IMG/VR virus record: IMGVR_UViG_3300029240_000008
Strand: one strand, 5' to 3'
Length of the DNA: 64,000 bases
From: a virus
The stretch's first letter is position 1; the number at the start of each line of letters is the position of its first letter. The translations under genes and the position numbers were made by a program. A model generated the notes under the pieces. That model worked only from the letters and a program-made list of their open reading frames with translations, searched no databases and was not told the origin of the DNA. Below are positions 53,059 to 60,572 of this stretch, in pieces.

Positions 53059-53619
53059 ATGAAAGAAATATGGAAAGACATTCCAAAATACGAAGGTGTT
53101 TATCAAGTAAGCAATCTAGGGAATGTAAAAAGTTTGCAATCAGGAAACCATCATTCCAAAATCAAAATATTAAGTCCAATCTGCGCTGACGGGAGATATT
53201 TGCGAGTCAGTTTATATCGGAATAAAAAGCCTGCGTATTTTATGGTACATCGTCTTGTTGCAATAGCGTTTATTCCAAATCCGGAAAACAAGCCTCAAGT
53301 TGACCACATTAACGGAAACAAAAAAGATAATTGTGTAAATAACCTTGAATGGTGCACGTCTTCCGAAAACAATTTGCACGCTTACAAAATCGGAATAAAC
53401 AAAGGTTCTAAACCGTGGCTAGGGAAAACCGGATTCCAAAACGCATCTTCTATTCCAGTGAGCCAAATTGATTTAAACACTGGGAATATTATTGCCACTT
53501 TTGGAAGTATAGGTGAAGCTTCCAGAGCGACTGGATGTTCGGAGTCCAAAATAGGGAAATGTTGCAAAGGCATTTTTTCTCAAACACACGGATTTGGTTG
53601 GAGATATGCGGATAAATAA
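53059..53619 (+). CDS. HNH homing endonuclease (NUMOD4 + HNH + C-terminal HTH-like module)
   Basis: MKEIWKDIPKYEGVYQVSNLGNVKS, then VDHINGNKKDNCVNNLEW...N..H, then C-terminal GSIGEASRATGCSESKIGKCCKG. It is in the opposite orientation to its neighbours. Confidence 0.8.
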   Translation: MKEIWKDIPKYEGVYQVSNLGNVKSLQSGNHHSKIKILSPICADGRYLRVSLYRNKKPAYFMVHRLVAIAFIPNPENKPQVDHINGNKKDNCVNNLEWCTSSENNLHAYKIGINKGSKPWLGKTGFQNASSIPVSQIDLNTGNIIATFGSIGEASRATGCSESKIGKCCKGIFSQTHGFGWRYADK

Positions 53620-53628
53620 TTTATCCGC

Positions 53629-53868
53629 TTATTTTATTCCAAACTGGTTCTTAACCTGCGATAACATATCATCAGGATTAATTCCTTTTTCTTTGCAAAG
53701 GTTTCTTGCAAGTTTTTCAAGACCTGCACTGTCGCCTTTTTCCATCATATTGATAGCATTGTTTATAACTGGGCTGTTCCCAGACTGATTTTTCATAATA
53801 TTGATGATAGCTTGCTGTGGATTTCCACCGTTACGTATCATCTGCATAAGTTGCATAGGGTTCATCAT
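53629..53868 (-). CDS. hypothetical protein (79 aa)
   Basis: ORF track. Met/Asn/Gln-rich. Confidence 0.4.
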   Translation of the reverse strand: MMNPMQLMQMIRNGGNPQQAIINIMKNQSGNSPVINNAINMMEKGDSAGLEKLARNLCKEKGINPDDMLSQVKNQFGIK

Positions 53869-54362
53869 CTCTGCCTACCTCCGTTCTGCTTAGGTTCTGG
53901 TGTTCCCGACATCTGCGTCGGAAACATATTCTTTATTTCAGAAATCTCCGAACAAACATCATTCCGAAGCTGATTAAACATTGCTTCAATGTCAATCTGC
54001 TTTTCATCTTGCTTTGGCTGTTGTTCGTCTGGGTTTGCAAGTCGGTAAACAAAAATCCTGCTCCTTCCATCGGATTGAAGCTGTTTTCTGTAAATTTCAG
54101 TTCCGTCTGTTTTTGGATAGTAAACAGGATTGCCGGACATATCCACATCTTTAGCCTTTACAGTATCAATCCCATCCACCATCTGTCCTTGAAGCATAGG
54201 GGATTGTGGAATTGACTGTAACTGTTGCATCTGCATTTGACCATAAGGCATTGCCTGTTGGTAATTATTCTGCAATTGTGCCAGCCTGTCCTGATACGGC
54301 TGTATTTGTCCGTATGGGTTGTTTATCATTGGCTGTTGCGGATAATACGGATAACCTGCCAT
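53865..54362 (-). CDS. hypothetical Gln/Pro/Met/Tyr-rich protein (165 aa)
   Basis: Start moved to MAGYPYYPQQ with AGGAGGA SD. Confidence 0.45.
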   Translation of the reverse strand: MAGYPYYPQQPMINNPYGQIQPYQDRLAQLQNNYQQAMPYGQMQMQQLQSIPQSPMLQGQMVDGIDTVKAKDVDMSGNPVYYPKTDGTEIYRKQLQSDGRSRIFVYRLANPDEQQPKQDEKQIDIEAMFNQLRNDVCSEISEIKNMFPTQMSGTPEPKQNGGRQR

Positions 54363-54517
54363 AATCTGTTCCTCCTGTCCGGGATTCAAGAATCATATCC
54401 ATATCATCTATGGAACGATGCTTTTCCCATATACCCTCGTAAGGGTTCCTTAACATAATCATTGTGTTTTCTCCTATGATTATATTATATAGGAAGGAAC
54501 TCTGTTTTTGAACGTCA

Positions 54518-54772
54518 CTATTTCGCCACGTTTTCGCCATAATACAAAGAAAAGCCCCGACAATACATCGGGGCAACTTTGGAAATTTTCTTCTTTATTC
54601 TTTTGTTAATTCGGTCTATGGTTCTCGGACTATACCCCATAAGTTCAGATGCTTCCCATAGTGTCTTTTCGCCATAAGCCCGTAATCGAAACAGTTTTTC
54701 TTCTCTGGAATCGAAGCCTGCTTCTTTTAAATAAAATTTTCTTTCATCTTCTGAAAAGTCTGTATAATTCAT
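54518..54772 (-). CDS. small HTH protein (sigma-70 region-4-like)
   Basis: Start moved to MNYTDFSEDERKFYL with GGGAGGA SD. LWEASELMGYSPRTIDRINKRIKKKI. Confidence 0.45.
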   Translation of the reverse strand: MNYTDFSEDERKFYLKEAGFDSREEKLFRLRAYGEKTLWEASELMGYSPRTIDRINKRIKKKISKVAPMYCRGFSLYYGENVAK

Positions 54773-54801
54773 ATTTCCACCGTCCTCCCTTACAAGTGGA
54801 A

Positions 54802-55113
54802 TCAAACTGGAAGAATACCGCTTAACATAAAACCGATAACTGCGCTGACAATCGCTGTAATAACGCATACAATGATTGTATCGTAACGCTTTCCCGGGAC
54901 TGCCATGAGAGTCTTTATATTGTTATTCATCTCATCCACAGTCGACTTGATATGGTTCAAGTCATTCTCACTTAATGCTGTCTTTCTTTCCAGTTCCCCG
55001 ATACGCTCATAAAATTCTTTACTACGATCAGATTGCTTCTCTTGCATCAGCTGAAAATTCTTTTCCAGTTCTTCTATGCGGTGTTCATTAAAACATTCAT
55101 GTTCACATCCCAT
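54802..55113 (-). CDS. XhlA-like coiled-coil protein with a C-terminal TM helix
   Basis: Coiled coil (RIEELEKNFQLMQEKQ...ERIGELERK...) followed by IIVCVITAIVSAVIGFMLSGIL. Confidence 0.4.
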   Translation of the reverse strand: MGCEHECFNEHRIEELEKNFQLMQEKQSDRSKEFYERIGELERKTALSENDLNHIKSTVDEMNNNIKTLMAVPGKRYDTIIVCVITAIVSAVIGFMLSGILPV

Positions 55114-55225
55114 CGCCAGTTCCTTTCTTCACTCCCTTAACATTTGCTTTTCCCTACTGAATATAAGCAACCCAGCGGCACTCCGGGAGGACAACATACT
55201 GTGCCACGTGACCCAACCATCTTAG

Positions 55226-55552
55226 TTAAATTAAACTTCCTGCAAATGGAAAAACGCCATGATTGATATATATTTCCGTTTCGGATTCCCATTTTCGACT
55301 TACTGAATTTTCAGAGTGCGATTCTTGGAACTCGGCCCCCTGTTTCACAAGGAAATAGAGAGCCAGATCAAATATGCAATCATAACAGCATTCCATATCG
55401 GTATTGATTTTTTCGTCTGTATATCCAGACGGATAGTTGCGTTTCTTTTTGAATGAACGAATTGCACGCTTCACAGACAAAGAAATCATACCGTCAGTTT
55501 CCACATCATCGGATAGATACTCTTTCAGATCATTCACAAGCCGTTCGTCCAT
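55226..55552 (-). CDS. gp6-like head-tail connector protein
   Basis: 108 aa. Position after the capsid gene, and the N-terminal pattern ...LKEYLSDDVETDGMISLSVKRAIRSF.... Confidence 0.4.
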   Translation of the reverse strand: MDERLVNDLKEYLSDDVETDGMISLSVKRAIRSFKKKRNYPSGYTDEKINTDMECCYDCIFDLALYFLVKQGAEFQESHSENSVSRKWESETEIYINHGVFPFAGSLI

Positions 55553-55562
55553 TCAAGATCAC

Positions 55563-55667
55563 CTACCCTTGCTGAGATAAAATTTCAGAGATAATACCAG
55601 CCTTATTTGTCGATGTCAGGGCATAGCCATTGTCACTTGCGAGCTGTTTCAGTTGAACTACTGTCAT
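55563..55667 (-). CDS. 34-aa Rho-N/SAP-like (HeH) mini-protein
   Basis: Hand translation MTVVQLKQLASDNGYALTSTNKAGIISEILSQQG. The same frame stays open upstream almost to the capsid gene stop. Confidence 0.3.
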   Translation of the reverse strand: MTVVQLKQLASDNGYALTSTNKAGIISEILSQQG

Positions 55668-55762
55668 GCTTGACAGCTCGCTTTCTGTATGCTTGTGTTT
55701 TGAAGCATCATTAACACTTACTACAGATGGTGACTGGCTGTTCTCGTCGAGACTATGCCCGT

Positions 55763-56800
55763 TTATTCCCCCGCTTTGGTACCGATTACGATACCGCCAT
55801 TAGCTTTTGCTGCTACTGGAATAAACATACCTGATGCTTTAGTCCAAACTGCAACTGGGTCTTGTGTAGCCCACATGGACAGTGTTACGAAAGAACGGTT
55901 TTCTTCCTGAATGAACTGTCTGTATTCAAGTTCCTCAGGTGTTACGCCCCAGAGTCCAGTGCCAAATGAACCGTTCGGTTCTGCTTCATACAGAGTGAAT
56001 ACATCCTCTTTGAAGTATCTTCCTGTTTTGAGTGAACCATCTGCTTTTCTGAATTTGAATTTCTCGTCACAACGATCAATTGTGATTCCGTATTCCTGCA
56101 TAAGCAGATTAGCAAGCTCCTGTTTTGTCAGAAGACGTTTGTTTGCTGCTCCTAAGACCGCTGTCTGCATTGCAGTGTTGTTTCTCATATAGTTAATCAT
56201 TTTGAGAGATGTAAGGGCTTTGTTTACTACGAAGCCATTGTCTTCTGCGATAGCAACCATCTTCTGAATATCACCCATGATGTCCGCATCTGGCTTAGAC
56301 CAGTCTGTCATTTCTACCTTTGCGCTGGACGGAACGCCGTAATCAATGCTCATATCAACGTTGTTCTCTTTGACTTTTACTGCACCAGTAGAAAGGAACT
56401 GTCCTTTCATGACATTTGCTCTGGCAACAACGCCTTCAAACAGGTTAGCTGCATCATCAAATACAAATCTCTTTAAGTTCTCGTCATCCGGCACACCATT
56501 TTCAATTGCCTGCTGTAATCTCTCAGACTGATTAATTTTTCTCTTAATAAAGAGCTTTTCAGTCAGGACTTTTTCGAAGCCCGGTCTTGTTCCGATTTCT
56601 GCTTCAGTATCAAGTGCATGAACGAATGCTACCTCTGGAAATCTCTGTCCAGCCATAAGTCTGTAGTATTCAGCTTTCAGGAACTGGGTTTTGACATCCG
56701 GGAAGATGGTGTCAAGAATGCCCGGTCTTTTTACGCTGAAATCTTGAGAAAAGTTAAGTCTTTCTTCCTGTGTGATTGATTCTAAAATATTAAATGGCAT
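55763..56800 (-). CDS. major capsid protein (lambda gpE-like family)
   Basis: 345 aa. Synteny is scaffold, then decoration, then capsid. The sequence pattern is consistent with my recollection of the E-type family. Confidence 0.7.
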   Translation of the reverse strand: MPFNILESITQEERLNFSQDFSVKRPGILDTIFPDVKTQFLKAEYYRLMAGQRFPEVAFVHALDTEAEIGTRPGFEKVLTEKLFIKRKINQSERLQQAIENGVPDDENLKRFVFDDAANLFEGVVARANVMKGQFLSTGAVKVKENNVDMSIDYGVPSSAKVEMTDWSKPDADIMGDIQKMVAIAEDNGFVVNKALTSLKMINYMRNNTAMQTAVLGAANKRLLTKQELANLLMQEYGITIDRCDEKFKFRKADGSLKTGRYFKEDVFTLYEAEPNGSFGTGLWGVTPEELEYRQFIQEENRSFVTLSMWATQDPVAVWTKASGMFIPVAAKANGGIVIGTKAGE

Positions 56801-56812
56801 CTGCTTACCTCC

Positions 56813-57157
56813 TTAAAATTCTGGGTCTGTAGTGGTTACAAAAACGATACCTGCTTTTTCAAGCTCTGTTTTCGCAGTGGTTTCTACTGTTACCGGAAGT
56901 CTTTTTTCAAGAACACGTCCTGCAACAATTACGGAAATCGGTCGTTTTGTATCGTCTGTCATATCGACGTCTTCAAACACAATGCCTTTAGCACCAGTTG
57001 CGTTTGTCGGATATACAGAACCTGCCTTGATAATCTTCTTAGTTCCAACGGTTTCAGCATTTGTCTGTTCTGCTGTATAGGTTTTAAGTACCAGTCCTAC
57101 CTCGGATTCGAGGATATTAGGTGTGGATTCGTACTGCTCTGTTTTCATAAAAGCCAT
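56813..57157 (-). CDS. head decoration-position protein (114 aa)
   Basis: Lambda-like order Nu3/D/E. Called from synteny only. Confidence 0.4.
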   Translation of the reverse strand: MAFMKTEQYESTPNILESEVGLVLKTYTAEQTNAETVGTKKIIKAGSVYPTNATGAKGIVFEDVDMTDDTKRPISVIVAGRVLEKRLPVTVETTAKTELEKAGIVFVTTTDPEF

Positions 57158-57175
57158 AATCTAAATCTCCTTTTC

Positions 57176-57802
57176 TTAAATATTTACTGGGGCATTATCA
57201 TCTGCCGGTTTATTTTCTGGATACATTTTTGCTGAGTACGCTTTTGCATATTCAGATGCTTCGCTTTTCTTTTCTGGTTCTCCACCAGGTTTACCGCCAC
57301 CCGGATTAGGTGTGTTTTCAAGGGCTTCTTTTTCCCATGCGGCTTTTGCTGTATCAAGCGTTGATTTATTTACTTCGGAAATTCCATCAACAAAAGTCTG
57401 GGCTTCTTTGAGTGCATCTTCAGCATCCATATTTGAAAATGCTTTGATTGCTCCTGCGTAGGCATCTCCTTTCATTCCTGCACTCGCAAAAATAGAAGTG
57501 ATTTTGCCTGTCAGGGCATCTTTCTGAGCTGCTTTGAGTGCAGATTCGAGATCAGAAATTCTTTTTTCATTTGTTGCCTTCTCTTTCTGATGCTCCAATT
57601 CTGTTCTTTCAGCTTCGCTCATGTTCTGCTTTTTCAGTTCTTCCAGTTCTGTTTCCAACGCTTTTGCTTTTTCTGCATCTTCTTTTAATTTCTGATTTTT
57701 GGCTTTTTCCTTAGCCACATCAGAATTTGACTGATTCAGGAAAGAGGTAATCTGCTCATCGGTTGCATCTGGAAAGATCTTCTTTACATCTTCTCTTGTC
57801 AT
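57176..57802 (-). CDS. capsid scaffolding protein
   Basis: 208 aa. Highly charged coiled coil (DUF4355-like N-terminus MTREDVKKIFPDATDEQITSFLNQ). Sits between the minor head and capsid genes. Confidence 0.65.
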   Translation of the reverse strand: MTREDVKKIFPDATDEQITSFLNQSNSDVAKEKAKNQKLKEDAEKAKALETELEELKKQNMSEAERTELEHQKEKATNEKRISDLESALKAAQKDALTGKITSIFASAGMKGDAYAGAIKAFSNMDAEDALKEAQTFVDGISEVNKSTLDTAKAAWEKEALENTPNPGGGKPGGEPEKKSEASEYAKAYSAKMYPENKPADDNAPVNI

Positions 57803-57894
57803 TGAAATCTCCTTTCACCAATACGCTTTTTTTACGCTGTTCGCTCAGCTCAAGGTGTCTCCCATGATTACGCTATCGGGATGCATATTTTTTT

Positions 57895-57925
57895 TAATAA
57901 AAAAGAGACGATTTTACTCGTCTCT
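57895..57925 (-). terminator. intrinsic terminator after the minor head gene
   Basis: On the minus strand, AGAGACGA-gtaaaa-TCGTCTCT followed by TTTTTTATT. Confidence 0.6.
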
Positions 57926-57928
57926 AAA

Positions 57929-58582
57929 TCAACTGTATTGAATTGAACACCGGCAGTTCACAACCTCATCTGCCGAAGCTCCTAGCGAGGTGTCTTTTGG
58001 AAATTGTAGTAAGCTATCTCCAACCGAAAACGGCTCATCAATCGGGAGTATGGTTCCTCCGACTTCAAGGTGTGTCTTTCGTTCCCTTTTGTCTCCTACG
58101 TCAATCCATTTCTTCTTTGTCTTTCCTGCTTTCACAGCTTTTGAATACTGTCTGTAATTCAGTATCGAATTAGCTTCGCATTCTGAAATAAACATTGTCC
58201 GGTCATTTGACAGGTAATAATCATCAGTAATGCTTTTGTCTTCGGCAGAAAATCTTTCAAATGTTGCATCAATAATTTGTTTTGTCACGTCAAGAGCATA
58301 TTGCTTGATATATGTGTCTATAAGCATATACGAAGCAATTACATCCAGATATTTGTCGTAAAATTGAGTCTGAATGTATTCTTGATCTGATTCTCCACTT
58401 TCTATGGTTGTTTCTATCAACGCTAAAATATAAAGGACAACTTCTTCCATTTGTTCAGAAAAAGCTATCCTTTCTTGCTTTTCTTTGTCTGATATTGACA
58501 TTTTGCTGAAATATTCTTTATACGGTTCACTTCTGCGATTGTTGGGCCTGATATTTAATTCATCGTATGATGAAATACTCAT
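57929..58582 (-). CDS. minor head / head morphogenesis protein (SPP1 gp7-like)
   Basis: Follows the portal with an overlap. The C-terminal motif ...ERKTHLEVGG...NCRCS... is typical of the gp7 family. Confidence 0.65.
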   Translation of the reverse strand: MSISSYDELNIRPNNRRSEPYKEYFSKMSISDKEKQERIAFSEQMEEVVLYILALIETTIESGESDQEYIQTQFYDKYLDVIASYMLIDTYIKQYALDVTKQIIDATFERFSAEDKSITDDYYLSNDRTMFISECEANSILNYRQYSKAVKAGKTKKKWIDVGDKRERKTHLEVGGTILPIDEPFSVGDSLLQFPKDTSLGASADEVVNCRCSIQYS

Positions 58583-60033
58583 TCTGAAATCACATCCTTA
58601 TTGAAGCCATTCAGCAAATCTTGCGCTTTCTGCAACTCTGAGTCTGGGTCTGCCAATTCCGGATAAATGGTTCCGAGATATGGCAAACTCATTTCATATA
58701 CTTTTTGTGGATCACTAAATAATCCGCAAGTAATCAGCGCAATAAGCGGATGAATTTTATTTTTGAACAGATAATCAAGTGCCTGCGCTTTGACAAGCAT
58801 GTTATCCGTTGGGTTTCTGGTGATTTTTACATCAAAATCTCTGGTCGAAATATTTACATCCATTGAAGTTTTTCGGATGATATTCAAAATAATTCTGGCA
58901 GATGCTTTTTCAGCTTCTTTCGTAAATGCTTCTACCAATTTTGCGTCTCGTTCTGCAAAATCCCAACCATTCCTCAGATACACCGCATTCCCTGTGTCTC
59001 CACCGGTATTGCCCTGTCGATTCGGCATTGCTTCTACAATCAGCATATTGTTGTAAATATCATCTTTTGCAACCTGACTTTCTGACTGATTTAGTTCAGC
59101 AGTCATTAAATCAACATCTGATTGCGTTCCATTCCCGACGTCTTTTACGGATACAGCACCGAGTTTTATCATTTTTACAAATTCTGCTTCGTCAATCTCA
59201 CAGTTTTTGAATTTCATTAGGGCTTGCACGAACTGTTCAACCCCATTCAGTCTGTCAGATTGATATTTGTTGATTGCATCATACATTGTGATCGCAATTT
59301 CAATGTCAGAAAGTCTGTCGTGATTATTTGGATATTCAATGATAGGAATACCGCCAAAACCATTGATTCCAGATTCTGTTACCGCTCCATTTTGTATTTT
59401 GAAATACTGTCTGGAAGAATAACACTGGTAATACTGCTGATTGTCCTCGTCTTTTAAAATCTGGACGGAAAGCACTGGTTTGCCAGTAACGCTTGAATAA
59501 ACAATATATACATCCTGCGGTGATGGGATAAATATTCTGAAAGGCGGTAAGTCTCCATCCTTTGTCCATTCATCCTCTCTTAGAATTGCTTTATATGCAG
59601 TTCCTACTGCGCTCTGGTATATTCCAAGCTGAATGTTTCTGGCGTCTGAATTGGCTTCGTCCAGATAATCATTGAGCCTATCAACTTGTTCGTTTGTTTC
59701 TTCACTCGCTTTTTTCTTCTTGCAGACATACTGAATAGGTTCTCCGTATATCTGTCCTGCCTTGAATTTGACTGTTTCAAGGGCATGATTCTCAACAACT
59801 TTATTGTTGACCTCTGGGCGAACAAGTTTTTCACGATATAAAATTGGCTGATCGCCTTTGTAATATCTGTAAAGATAATCCATCAGGGTTCTATTCCTGT
59901 TATGGATTCCGATTGTATCAGAAAGGACCTGTGCCACGTTCTGGGGAGTAATCTGGTCTACGCCAGTATAGGCAGTTTTTCTGCCAAACTCGCCTTGGCA
60001 TAGGTCAACAAAATTTATTTTGTTTCTCCCCAC
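58579..60033 (-). CDS. portal protein (SPP1 gp6-like)
   Basis: Start moved to the GTG at 60033 (VGRNKINFVD), 7 nt after AGGAGGA. Size and position next to the terminase. Confidence 0.8.
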   Translation of the reverse strand: MGRNKINFVDLCQGEFGRKTAYTGVDQITPQNVAQVLSDTIGIHNRNRTLMDYLYRYYKGDQPILYREKLVRPEVNNKVVENHALETVKFKAGQIYGEPIQYVCKKKKASEETNEQVDRLNDYLDEANSDARNIQLGIYQSAVGTAYKAILREDEWTKDGDLPPFRIFIPSPQDVYIVYSSVTGKPVLSVQILKDEDNQQYYQCYSSRQYFKIQNGAVTESGINGFGGIPIIEYPNNHDRLSDIEIAITMYDAINKYQSDRLNGVEQFVQALMKFKNCEIDEAEFVKMIKLGAVSVKDVGNGTQSDVDLMTAELNQSESQVAKDDIYNNMLIVEAMPNRQGNTGGDTGNAVYLRNGWDFAERDAKLVEAFTKEAEKASARIILNIIRKTSMDVNISTRDFDVKITRNPTDNMLVKAQALDYLFKNKIHPLIALITCGLFSDPQKVYEMSLPYLGTIYPELADPDSELQKAQDLLNGFNKDVISE

Positions 60034-60155
60034 TGCCTGTCCTCCTATTTTTCTGCATGAAAAAAGCACCAAGGGTTCTTCCCGGTGCTTATTTTACAGC
60101 TTATATTATATAATATATGCAGGTATTATTCAGTATTATCAGGTATTAACTTTCA
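60034..60155 (-). promoter_or_regulatory. late control module, copy B (35-bp box + TATAAT + terminator hairpin)
   Basis: The 35-mer at 60121-60155 is identical to 44586-44620. On the minus strand, TATAAT is followed by AAGCACC...GGTGCTT and TTTTTTCATGC, then the SD of the portal gene. Confidence 0.6.
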
Positions 60156-60571
60156 AAATTCTTAATGTTTTTGACGATATTCAGTGCTTTCGAATGCAAT
60201 AATTTCACATGAGAATAGGAATATCCCATTTCACAGGCAATCATTTCAAGCCTTTCATCTTTTACATATCGCCTAAACAGCAGATCATACAAATCTGAAT
60301 TGATATCGCTCACCTTGTCTATTGTTTCAATAATGTCTTGCTTTTTCTTTGTGTATTCAATAACCATTTTTTTGATTTCTGTTTGAATGTCAACAAGTTC
60401 GCTTACGGCATCGGTCATTTGATTGGGATTCGGAGTAGACTGAACTTTTTCACCATATGAGAACGATTTAAGCCCAAGAGCAAGACTTCTTAAATGTTCT
60501 TCTTCGTATTTTTTATTTTTAATAAGCTTGTCATATTTCTGAATTTGCCCTAAATATTCTCTTGTGGTCAT
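60146..60571 (-). CDS. sigma-70 region-4-like late transcription regulator (DUF1492/ArpU/RinA-like)
   Basis: 141 aa. C-terminal DLLFRRYVKDERLEMIACEMGYSYSHVKLLHSKAL is an HTH. Unusually placed between terL and the portal gene. Confidence 0.5.
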   Translation of the reverse strand: MTTREYLGQIQKYDKLIKNKKYEEEHLRSLALGLKSFSYGEKVQSTPNPNQMTDAVSELVDIQTEIKKMVIEYTKKKQDIIETIDKVSDINSDLYDLLFRRYVKDERLEMIACEMGYSYSHVKLLHSKALNIVKNIKNFES

Positions 60572-60572
60572 A

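Noticed and set aside
53059-53619. Group I intron hosting the HNH gene
   Set aside because: The HNH ORF is on the opposite strand to both flanking genes, and each flanking gene is complete. It is therefore free-standing. The GTGGGAA...TTCCCAC leader stem (about 52966-53024) is noted, but I could not tie it to an intron fold.
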